A DNA stretch of 64,000 nt. Source: a virus (taxonomy: Duplodnaviria > Caudoviricetes). The translations under genes were made by a program, and so were the position numbers. A model generated the notes under the pieces. That model saw nothing but the letters and a program-made list of their open reading frames with translations. It did not search any database and was not told where the DNA came from. Shown here one piece after another: positions 40,377-49,386 of the stretch (within the stretch, counting starts at the first letter, position 1; each line of letters starts with the position of its first letter). The stretch spans positions 1-64,000 of IMG/VR virus record IMGVR_UViG_3300001528_000425, one strand, 5' to 3'.

Positions 40377-40491
40377 TTTGGAACTCCTTTTGGTTTATTG
40401 GTGAGCGGACGAAAAAGTTAACCATTTCTTTCTTCGTCTTTCAATTTAGTAATATATGCACGGAAGCTCTATGAGATTTTCCGTGTACGTA

Positions 40492-41055
40492 TTATTTTAC
40501 AAGGGTCGGATCTTTGGTTTCCACCACAGTTCCGTTAGCGTAGATCACTTCACGGAACGACCATCCGTGCGAGTAGTCTGTCTCAAACGGAGGAATGTCT
40601 TCCTCTCGTGTGGTAAGTATGAAGGTATCCAGGGCGTCGATGAACTCCAAGAAGAATTTATCGTAGATACATGTAGACGCATCCTCAGATTGATCCACTT
40701 CGAACAGATAACGCCAGATCAATTTCTCGCCAATCTGTTGGTCGTACTGACTGGTAAGTAGATCTACTTTCTCACCGTGAAGATAAACGGTTGGTTTTCC
40801 ATTTTCCCTGGCGAGCACACCATGGATCGTCTGATTTTCTGGAATGACCTGTACGGAGATAATCTCTGATCCGAATTTCTTACCGAAGAAATATAATGGG
40901 ATCAGGTGAGAGAAGAAACCACCATGCAGTACGATCGCTTCACCAATGATCAGTTCTCCGAATCTCACGAGAACCAATCTCGCGTTCTTGAAATGATATC
41001 GATCAATGAAGGTAATCTGAACGTCTGTAAGTCTTCCTAATTTATCGGTTGTCAT
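40492..41055 (-). CDS. Hypothetical protein
   Basis: 187 aa, AAGGAGG RBS. Confidence 0.65.
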   Translation of the reverse strand: MTTDKLGRLTDVQITFIDRYHFKNARLVLVRFGELIIGEAIVLHGGFFSHLIPLYFFGKKFGSEIISVQVIPENQTIHGVLARENGKPTVYLHGEKVDLLTSQYDQQIGEKLIWRYLFEVDQSEDASTCIYDKFFLEFIDALDTFILTTREEDIPPFETDYSHGWSFREVIYANGTVVETKDPTLVK

Positions 41056-41087
41056 TGGTTATCCTCCTTTCCTAGGAAAGGGCGTTG

Positions 41088-41726
41088 CTACTTACCTCCA
41101 GGTGTCCCTTGATAAGTAAGTTTGTTGTTTTTACGATTGAGATGGAACTTGCGTTCCGTTTTGTCGATGCGCCAGAAGCGTCGTTCATTCGCTGGCTTCG
41201 CATCGATTTCGGCTTGTCTGGCTTCGAGGTTGATCGGGTCGAGAATCAGTTCGAAGGCATCCCTACTGATCGTAAGGATCGGACGTCTGGATTCAGTCAA
41301 TTTCCCAGCCATATCCTTGTAGATTTTCCACAAGTACCATAACTTCTTAGAAACCCTTCTTCCGGGTCTTCCGTGATTTTGGAAATCTCTGACTAGCATA
41401 TCTGTCATGTATCCAGAGCAGATCATCGTTCCAGAGCGGAGATCCAAAGAAGCCCAATAGGCATCTGCACCTTTGGGATCTTTCAGGATCGCATGGATGG
41501 ACAAGAAGATCTTGTTATCATCCATCCCGATCGTCTGGGCGATCTCTTCCGGATTGGGAAGAAGATTTGCCAGTTGTACGGATGATGCCAAGAACTGCTC
41601 CCAGATGGCAAATGCCAGCCACCGAAGATCCTTCGGTACAACGTGCGCCACCCAAGAAGGAAATAACTGGATCAGTTGCTCCAGAGAAGGATGGAGCTCT
41701 TCAACATGTTCGTTGGTTTCACTCAT
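41088..41726 (-). CDS. Hypothetical protein
   Basis: 212 aa, AAGGAG RBS. Confidence 0.65.
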   Translation of the reverse strand: MSETNEHVEELHPSLEQLIQLFPSWVAHVVPKDLRWLAFAIWEQFLASSVQLANLLPNPEEIAQTIGMDDNKIFLSIHAILKDPKGADAYWASLDLRSGTMICSGYMTDMLVRDFQNHGRPGRRVSKKLWYLWKIYKDMAGKLTESRRPILTISRDAFELILDPINLEARQAEIDAKPANERRFWRIDKTERKFHLNRKNNKLTYQGTPGGK

Positions 41727-42031
41727 GTAGGTTCTCCTTATACTGCCTTTACATTGGTATGATATATTCTACTTCTGTAAAGAATAACTTGATTTTACTG
41801 AAGTTCTGGGAGTATGGAACGATACTCCTCGACATTCTTCAGGGTTTGTCCAACGGAAGCATTCAGATCAATGATCGTCACATCCGAATGTTCATGATTC
41901 ATTCCTCCTTGAATTAAGTTAACATTTAGCTTGGGTTCATAGTTGTAATATATGTGTTATTAAGTGTAGAAATTTAAGGATCAGTGGTATGATATGAGTT
42001 TAAAATACGAACAACTATCAAGGATACTAGC

Positions 42032-44611
42032 ATGCGATTCTTATCACTTGAACTGAAAGGTTATTTGCCTCTCAGTCATTGTGGGACTCATCATCTCACG
42101 GCAGGATTTGAAGATATTTGCACAGCATTCCTCGGGAACAATGGAACCGGGAAATCTTCTATCTTGAGGACATTGACTCCCTATCCGGAGACTAGAACAG
42201 ATTATTCCAAGAACGGATACTGTAAGAAAGTCATCGAGCACGAAGGTCATACCTACGAGTTGATCTCAGACTTCAAGAATGCCACCAAAGCTCATTCCTT
42301 CATCAAGGACGGAATAGAGCAGAACATATCCGGAGCCACTGAAACGCAAACAGAATTGTGTAACGAAGCATTTGGGTTCAGTCAGATGATCGAGACACTC
42401 ACATCTGGCGGGTACGATATGTGCAATATGAAGAGAGCAGAGCGGAAAGAGCTGTTGATGTCAACATATCCTTCCGATCTTTCATTCATTCTGGAATATC
42501 ACAGGAAAGTTCGATCCCAGATCAACATGCACAACAATAACCTGAAGATGCTACGGGAACGAGAGCACACCTTGAAAGGTAAGTTGTTGGACAACGATCA
42601 GTTACAGGATCTTTATAAGTTCCAGAAGGATCTTAACGTATTAGCGAACGACATCGATCGTTTTATTCTACTCATGGAGCAGGATAAGAAGAGATTTGAA
42701 TCCGACCCACAGTATTCTGAAGCTCTCAGAAAGTTCAGAAATGGAGAACTGATCGATGTGGATGATCTCGTCCGACAGTGCTACGATGTCCGGAATCGTG
42801 CTTGGGCTTGTCGCAGAGAGCATCCGGATATCTTTACCGATGCGGATTTCTTCACGGAATATCGAGTAAAAGCCCAGGAGACAACTCGTCTGGAGCAGGA
42901 TATCGCTGAGAATGAACAGAGTATCCACAAAACCAGAGAGGAACTGGAGGAGTACGAGAAATACAAAGATCTCAACATCGAACAAGAATTAGCCACTCTA
43001 ACCAACCGACAGGAGTGGTTACATAACGAAATCAATAAACTTCACGTCGACGAGAGTTGTCCGAAATGGTCCAGAGAAACCCTGGAACGTGCTGAAGTCG
43101 AGTTCCCTGTATTAAGGGATCTTTGCATCGAAATCCACGGGATGAACTGTACCGTCTGGAGTAGAGAAAAGCTTCATGAAGCGCAGACCGATATCCAGGT
43201 AAAAACCAGACAGATCCAAAACATCCGGCAAAATCTCGTGGCAGCAGAAACCAATCTGAGGAATCTCAAAGCCAGACAGCAGAATGAAAACAACTATACG
43301 ATTCCTCGTGGTTGTGTGATGACCTGTCAGCTGAAGAATTCTGTTCTTAAGATGCAACAGAGGACGCAGTCTGAACTCGACAAATGGTCGTCTGAAGTCA
43401 GTGATTTAACAGACGCAATTACATCTCTTGAATCTTCGTTAGAGGAGTCAAAACAGGCTATCCAAATGCCCAGCCTTGCTATGCCTAAAATCGAGATGAT
43501 TCAAGGTATTATACAAGGCTATAACGGGGGTAAAACGGTCTTAAATGATCTCGATGTAATCGACGTGTTAAATGAAGATCCGTTCAGTATCTCCAATAAC
43601 TTCCTTAAACTGATCAACGGCAATAAGGTGATGATCACTCGTCAGGAATATGAGAAAGAACTCATGATGACCCAGACGAAGATCAGCGCCTTAAAGACCG
43701 CACAATCAGCCGCTAAGGAGTTACAACTGATCTCCAAAACCATCTACGAGAAACAAACAGCGTTATCATTGTTGATCCAACAGTACGATGGACAGGTAAA
43801 ACATCTTGAAGTGATGAAGACGAAATGTCAAAAGCTGAAAGAGATGAGCGAACTTGTCGAGCGTATCACGATGCTAACCAAGAATTACCAGGAGTTCTCG
43901 AAGGCGAGTTGGGTTATCGCTCGTATTGATTTTGATAATGAGATCATTCGGGAGTATACTGCTATTAAGCAAGTGGTCTACGAGAAACTAAGAGAGATTG
44001 ATACAACCATTCAAGAACAGGAGAATTGGTTAACTCGTCTGAACGATGAGATCATGCCGAATATTCGTTCCATTGAAGCAGAAGTGAAAGACTGGATTGC
44101 CATTGAATCTGGTCTGTCTCCAAACTCAGGTATTCCTCACGTCTACATGGTTCGTTATATCAACCGATTGATCACTCGTGTGAACGAGTTTATCAAAGCT
44201 GTTTGGTACTACGACATGGAGTTGGTGTATCTGGATGAAGACAAACCTTTGGATTATGGTATCCAAGTCATGATCAACAAGAACAGCATCGTCAAAGATC
44301 TAAGTATCTTGTCATCCGGTCAGAAGGCAATGGTATCGCTAGCATTCACATTAGCGATCTGCATGGACCGAGGCTACGCTACCAAATATCCGATGAAGAT
44401 GGATGAAGTTGATCCGGCTCTCACTGAAAATCACCGAATTCGGCTAACGAATCTGATTTCTGATTGGATACAGAACAAACAGATCACGCAACTGTTCCTG
44501 GTAAATCACTTTGTGATCCATACAGGTATGACAGATTGTGGAGTGATTTGTTTATCTACGGAAGGAATCGTGGTTCCAGCTGAATACAACAAACATGTTA
44601 CAATCAAATAA
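42032..44611 (+). CDS. sbcC: SbcC/Rad50-like SMC ATPase
   Basis: GNNGTGKS Walker A, long coiled coil with central CxxxC, LSSGQ signature, MDEVD Walker B, VNH. Confidence 0.92.
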   Translation: MRFLSLELKGYLPLSHCGTHHLTAGFEDICTAFLGNNGTGKSSILRTLTPYPETRTDYSKNGYCKKVIEHEGHTYELISDFKNATKAHSFIKDGIEQNISGATETQTELCNEAFGFSQMIETLTSGGYDMCNMKRAERKELLMSTYPSDLSFILEYHRKVRSQINMHNNNLKMLREREHTLKGKLLDNDQLQDLYKFQKDLNVLANDIDRFILLMEQDKKRFESDPQYSEALRKFRNGELIDVDDLVRQCYDVRNRAWACRREHPDIFTDADFFTEYRVKAQETTRLEQDIAENEQSIHKTREELEEYEKYKDLNIEQELATLTNRQEWLHNEINKLHVDESCPKWSRETLERAEVEFPVLRDLCIEIHGMNCTVWSREKLHEAQTDIQVKTRQIQNIRQNLVAAETNLRNLKARQQNENNYTIPRGCVMTCQLKNSVLKMQQRTQSELDKWSSEVSDLTDAITSLESSLEESKQAIQMPSLAMPKIEMIQGIIQGYNGGKTVLNDLDVIDVLNEDPFSISNNFLKLINGNKVMITRQEYEKELMMTQTKISALKTAQSAAKELQLISKTIYEKQTALSLLIQQYDGQVKHLEVMKTKCQKLKEMSELVERITMLTKNYQEFSKASWVIARIDFDNEIIREYTAIKQVVYEKLREIDTTIQEQENWLTRLNDEIMPNIRSIEAEVKDWIAIESGLSPNSGIPHVYMVRYINRLITRVNEFIKAVWYYDMELVYLDEDKPLDYGIQVMINKNSIVKDLSILSSGQKAMVSLAFTLAICMDRGYATKYPMKMDEVDPALTENHRIRLTNLISDWIQNKQITQLFLVNHFVIHTGMTDCGVICLSTEGIVVPAEYNKHVTIK

Positions 44612-44661
44612 ATAACGCTAACTAAGGTAGGGATCATCCGATCCCTACCTTAGTTAGTTCT

Positions 44662-45594
44662 TTATATGGAAAATGTGACGGAGTTCTTGTCGTACTGGTA
44701 AGCAACCGTACGACGTTTACCGTCTTTCGTGAATATCAATCCGTTCTCTCCGTATTGATCAACTTGAACAAATTCCGGAGTAGTGCTGTTTGAGTATCTC
44801 GGAGATTTCACGATATCGTACCGGTATCCCTCCATACTCATCGGGAGAGTAACCAGGAATCGAAACCCTCCTTGTTCATTGCGATTACCGCCACTTACTT
44901 CAATGACGCCAGTGCCGGTTTTTCGTATGCAGACGATTCGCATGCAATCGTTGATTTTAAATACAGCCAGTGCACATTGCTGGTCACTGAGGAAAATAAG
45001 TTTGGAGCAAACTAACTCCGAGTCGGTTTGCCCATCGATCACACCGGTAGGTTCGGTTGCAGCAAGGTACAGTGCGATCAGAGTGTCGATGCGTTCGGAC
45101 GTCGGCAATTCACCGATGGTTTCGAAGTTGCGATCGTGAACACATAGACCAACGAAATCGATCATAAAACGTCCTTGTTCCAGTGCAGAAAGAGTGACAA
45201 CAGAAAGATGTCGCAGATCTCCTCCTCGCATCACAGAACACAGTACTCTGTTTCGACCACACAAATGGAATACATATTCATTGGGGTCTGTTTCTGATAT
45301 CGGACCAGCGTACATACCAGATACCTGCGGCCGTAATCGATATTCGGTTTCTCCAAGATCAGAACCGATCTTGATCCGTGTGGCATTGGTATCGAGCCCT
45401 ATCTGCTCATTCGGTGTATAGAACTTCATAACGAAGTTTCGATCTTTGATCTTGAAATTGAAACACTGTTCGGCGTCTGTAATACGCTCTCGTGTTTCTT
45501 CCAATTCGAATTTGAGATGACCTGATTTGTCGAGCGCGCGGGATGCATGGCATCCCAACGCTACACCAGCGTAAAGCATAAGACGGTTGAACAT
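44662..45594 (-). CDS. Hypothetical protein, possible lipoprotein
   Basis: 310 aa; N-terminus MFNRLMLYAGVALGC has a lipobox-like ending. Confidence 0.55.
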   Translation of the reverse strand: MFNRLMLYAGVALGCHASRALDKSGHLKFELEETRERITDAEQCFNFKIKDRNFVMKFYTPNEQIGLDTNATRIKIGSDLGETEYRLRPQVSGMYAGPISETDPNEYVFHLCGRNRVLCSVMRGGDLRHLSVVTLSALEQGRFMIDFVGLCVHDRNFETIGELPTSERIDTLIALYLAATEPTGVIDGQTDSELVCSKLIFLSDQQCALAVFKINDCMRIVCIRKTGTGVIEVSGGNRNEQGGFRFLVTLPMSMEGYRYDIVKSPRYSNSTTPEFVQVDQYGENGLIFTKDGKRRTVAYQYDKNSVTFSI

Positions 45595-45716
45595 AATGAT
45601 CCCCTATGTAAGTTGTTGGAATAACCTCGAATAAGCAGACAAGATGCAATACTGCGGAAATTGCCTAGCATAATATGTTAAATTATTAAAGAATAACCAT
45701 GTGAAGGAGCCGAACC

Positions 45717-46532
45717 ATGCATTCAACATTAACTAACATTCTGGCTCGTGTAACTCACACGATTCACCCTGAACTTCTCAATCTGGGTATGCGGATAGCC
45801 CAACGTTATGGAGATCCTGTCAATAACACCACTGAGTTCGTTCTGAAGAAGATCCTCCGTGAACGAGTTCTTTTGGACTGTAACATCTCCGGAGGTCCTA
45901 TCAAATACATTGTTCTCAGACTGAAATGGAAAGAGAACGTGTTTCCGGAACTTACTCCATATGCCATGGATGATGGTGGATTCGATTTGTATCGTATTCC
46001 TCCGGAAGCCAGAGATAACCTGCCACTGACCCAAGTGATTCGGGTTTCTTATCCATACAGCACAGTCGGAGACGTTGCGACCGTATATGCCAACGAAGGA
46101 CAGTATAGCGTTTTGGCAGCAGCCAATAGCATGCTGGATTCGTTCACTCTTGCATCGGAAGCGAACCCTCCTCTCTGTTCTCTGCTGTCAGGCGATATCG
46201 TTAAGATATTCCCCAGTCAAAATTCCCATATCGATTGGGTGCTGACCTGTCGTACTTCTTATGATGAGAATTTCTCCAACTTGGATGTCAGTGCTGTACG
46301 CACCATCTGCAAATTGACTGAGCTGGCAGTCAAAGCCTACATCCATACGAATCTGTATATCTCGATCGATCGAGCTGCTCAGGAGTTTGGTGTGGACGTT
46401 AGCACGATCCGTCAGGCAGTGGAAGACTGTCGCGATGCCAACCAGATGTATGATGAGCAACTGAACCAATGGCAAGGAACTGCTCTCATGGACCCGGAAG
46501 CACGAGCGATCTACACCATGTTCAATCTGTAA
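45717..46532 (+). CDS. Conserved phiKZ-like virion structural protein
   Basis: 271 aa; YRIPPEAR and AVKAYIHTNL recall the conserved gene next to sbcC in phiKZ-like phages (recollection). Confidence 0.6.
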   Translation: MHSTLTNILARVTHTIHPELLNLGMRIAQRYGDPVNNTTEFVLKKILRERVLLDCNISGGPIKYIVLRLKWKENVFPELTPYAMDDGGFDLYRIPPEARDNLPLTQVIRVSYPYSTVGDVATVYANEGQYSVLAAANSMLDSFTLASEANPPLCSLLSGDIVKIFPSQNSHIDWVLTCRTSYDENFSNLDVSAVRTICKLTELAVKAYIHTNLYISIDRAAQEFGVDVSTIRQAVEDCRDANQMYDEQLNQWQGTALMDPEARAIYTMFNL

Positions 46533-46607
46533 CAGAATTATGTACAAAATAACAGTTAGGGTGTTGGGACTTAGTCCCAACACCCTAACTGCCCTATAGG
46601 AAGGTCT

Positions 46608-47867
46608 TTAGTTGTTGTAATCAAAACTCAGCAAGATGATGTAGAGGATAAATGCGATCTTCAAAGACGCTTTCGTCGCAGGTCTTTCTGATACTTTCAA
46701 GGTCTCCACGAAATTGGCAACACTCTCCTTTACCAGCAGAACACCAGGATCGGTGATGCGGGAACTCCGATACAGATCTTTTGCTTTGTTGAGGATAGCG
46801 ATTCTTACTTTCATGTCCACTGTACCGGAGAGGATACACGCACGATATGTCTTCTGGATGATCGCATCGATCATAGCGGCATACCCGATGATGATCTTGC
46901 CATCTTTACTCATATCATTCTGCTTATGTTTCTGGTATTGAACCAGAGCCATAGAACTGAACCCGAGGAGTACTGTTCTCATTGCATCCGGACGAACATT
47001 CGGTACCATCTTGGTGATCATATTGATCAGAGTGTGCTTGACGAACTCGTTGGCGTTGAGAGATTTATTTGTGATATTGGAGATCATGACATCATACGTT
47101 GCCACGAGATCTTTCACAGTTTTCTCTTCTCCACGAGTATCGATCAATGTGGAGGTACCGATACGATTGTTCTTCTGTAGATTGTCGTAGTACTCATTGA
47201 TCACCAACCGGAGTTTGGTGCGGATACGAGTCTGGGCATCTGTAATGATGTAGAGAACTTTTTGATCCGGAGCGAAGGTGAACAAGCTGTTGTAATGGAT
47301 ACTCTGCTTATCGAAGATATCCTTACTACGCGCTTCGATGATCAGTTTCCAAGTATTCGTCTCAGGTTTGATGATGTCGAATTTCTTGGACATCTGATCG
47401 ATAGTAGCTTGCATGACTTCTAAGTTAGCTCCATACTTCAATCTGTGGTTCACGACTGAAGTAAAGAACTTGTAATGCATCATCTTGAAGAGGACCATCA
47501 AGATCTGTTGTTGCTGAGGAACACTTACTTTTACGGAGTGTAAAGTGCAATAAGCTGCCCATACTGTGAGTAAATTGTACAAGTCGGAGATAACCTTAAA
47601 GTCCTGGTTCACCGACTTGCACTGTTTGATCGTTTTGCTGAACTCATCTTTGTCCACTCCAAGGATATCGAACAAAGCATTAACGTCTTTGTTCAAGAAG
47701 TGAACCGGATGGATACCGATCAAAGGACTGTTGAAAGCTTCCGGGTTGTTGTCCCGGACTTCATAGGAAATACACCACTTAACCAGTGCGTCGTGAACAC
47801 GTTTGTTGATATCAAGATTGCACCGGCTAAGCAGCAATTCTTTCAGAGAAAGATTGACTGATGCCAT
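46608..47867 (-). CDS. Conserved jumbo-phage protein of unknown function
   Basis: 419 aa; YKFFTS, ITDAQTRIR, YRSSR; late-type promoter upstream. Confidence 0.65.
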   Translation of the reverse strand: MASVNLSLKELLLSRCNLDINKRVHDALVKWCISYEVRDNNPEAFNSPLIGIHPVHFLNKDVNALFDILGVDKDEFSKTIKQCKSVNQDFKVISDLYNLLTVWAAYCTLHSVKVSVPQQQQILMVLFKMMHYKFFTSVVNHRLKYGANLEVMQATIDQMSKKFDIIKPETNTWKLIIEARSKDIFDKQSIHYNSLFTFAPDQKVLYIITDAQTRIRTKLRLVINEYYDNLQKNNRIGTSTLIDTRGEEKTVKDLVATYDVMISNITNKSLNANEFVKHTLINMITKMVPNVRPDAMRTVLLGFSSMALVQYQKHKQNDMSKDGKIIIGYAAMIDAIIQKTYRACILSGTVDMKVRIAILNKAKDLYRSSRITDPGVLLVKESVANFVETLKVSERPATKASLKIAFILYIILLSFDYNN

Positions 47868-48001
47868 AATGATAAATCCCTGTTGGAATAGTTGTTATAC
47901 GCTATAAGACATAGGATGGTTCCACTACCGTAGAATGAACAAAAAATAAAAGAGGACGAGGGAGGGAGAGGAGCATATGCTCCTCTCCCTCCCTGTATCG
48001 A

Positions 48002-48313
48002 TTACTCGATCACGTCGGCGACTTCATCGGGGATCGCCGGAACTTCCGGGACACTGGTGTCGCCGCTCTGGCATTTCTTCACGATGAGTGCGATGGTTCC
48101 GACCACGGCAACGGCGCCGAGAGTCCACAGTCCGATCTTGACGAATTTGTTCATGGGTTTCTTCTCCTTGGGTTCGACCTGAATTTCCGGAACATCGACG
48201 ACGATTTCCGGTTTCTCTTCGGTGACGGTCTGCGCTTTGGCTTCCTGTTCCTTGACCGCAGCTTCGATGTCGATGCCCTGTCCGAATTCTTTCTTCTCTT
48301 CGTTCATTTTCAT
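48002..48313 (-). CDS. Small acidic membrane protein
   Basis: 103 aa, TM IGLWTLGAVAVVGTIALIV, strong codon bias. Confidence 0.7.
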   Translation of the reverse strand: MKMNEEKKEFGQGIDIEAAVKEQEAKAQTVTEEKPEIVVDVPEIQVEPKEKKPMNKFVKIGLWTLGAVAVVGTIALIVKKCQSGDTSVPEVPAIPDEVADVIE

Positions 48314-48372
48314 TTCTCCTAGGTTTGGTGATGGTAAATTGTTGTTTGGTTGTTATTGGTTAATTGTTGAAA

Positions 48373-48510
48373 TTACTCAGCGTCTTCAGTCCCTTCCGGA
48401 CCGTTGAAGTTGTAAGACGTATCGATCCTGTGCGTCTCGTTGCCAGCAAGAGTACCGGCAACCAGAAGACCAAGACCGAGTCCGACCATGAAGTAGCAAA
48501 GCTTTTCCAT
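48373..48510 (-). CDS. 45-aa membrane peptide (not in ORF track)
   Basis: MEKLCYFMVGLGLGLLVAGTLAG..., AAGGA RBS, after promoter at 48574-48581. Confidence 0.6.
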   Translation of the reverse strand: MEKLCYFMVGLGLGLLVAGTLAGNETHRIDTSYNFNGPEGTEDAE

Positions 48511-48616
48511 AATAAACAATGTCCTTTCGATTCGATTGTTGTTTTAAGTTTCTTTTTGGTTAACTTCACGAATGTAATGTATACGTGAGTTTAGTTGATT
48601 GACACTAATGTTGTAA

Positions 48617-49037
48617 TACGAGTTCGATCCGAATAGATGTGAGGTAAGTTATATCCGGATGAGAGTTAGAGCAGACGGTACGATCGTGAACTTACCTCTA
48701 CACGATCACCGAGTTCATTTTACTGTAAGTAAATAATTACATCCTCCTAGCCATTGTATAGGCTAAGATAGGAATGATCACTTACTTACAGTTACATGAA
48801 CTACTTTGTTGCAAGCAAAATTCTGCTCTGTGAGTAAGATCTGCCTTGCCACGGCAGGAGCGAAAGATCCGTACCGTGGTGTAAGCTGTCTTACAAGTTG
48901 ATTGAATGTGGAAACATGCATTGGCATTCTCCTATCTAGCTTAGATCCTCCTAGGGTGCCGCTAGCACCCTAGGAGGATCGCACTATTTACATTTAATCA
49001 TAGGTAATTGCTTTCAGGGCGACTGATCGAACTCGTA
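48617..49037. ncRNA. Unrecognised structured element, copy B (candidate large ncRNA)
   Basis: 13-bp terminal inverted repeat, long bulged hairpin, extra 10-bp loop pairing, core shared with 38930-39275. Confidence 0.7.
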
Positions 49038-49044
49038 GTGATTC

Positions 49045-49191
49045 TTAGTTCAGGTAAGCTTTCTTACCACGTTCGATTAATTTCTCAGCCTTGCGATAGG
49101 CAACGATGGTCACTCCTGCAACAACGATGACACCTACAAGACCAACCTTGAAGAGTGTCTTCGCATCTACTAGTATAGCCATGCCTGTCAT
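49045..49191 (-). CDS. 48-aa membrane peptide (not in ORF track)
   Basis: MTGMAILVDAKTLFKVGLVGVIVVAGVTIVAYRK..., AGGAAGG RBS, after promoter at 49320-49327. Confidence 0.6.
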   Translation of the reverse strand: MTGMAILVDAKTLFKVGLVGVIVVAGVTIVAYRKAEKLIERGKKAYLN

Positions 49192-49386
49192 AGTCACACC
49201 TCCTTTGAATAAAGAAAGAGGTCATGATTCATGTGAACCTAACCAGAGGTACGCCAATACCCGGAAAACGTACACGATGAATCATGACCAAAATTAATTA
49301 TTGTACTAACTTCACCTAAGTAATGTATACTCGAAAAGAAATGAATGACATCTAGACGGAGGGTATCCCTCCGTCTAGATGCTTGA

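Noticed and set aside
48617-48632. GTTCGATCC resembling a tRNA T-loop
   Set aside because: No cloverleaf around it; it forms one arm of the closing stem of element B
48838-48860. Cobalamin-riboswitch-like words (ATCTGCC, GCCAC)
   Set aside because: Wrong order, and the GGGAA and CCC..ACTG core motifs are missing
38930-49037. Elements A and B as MITEs or insertion sequences
   Set aside because: The terminal repeats differ entirely between copies, no target duplication was seen, and there is no transposase in the window
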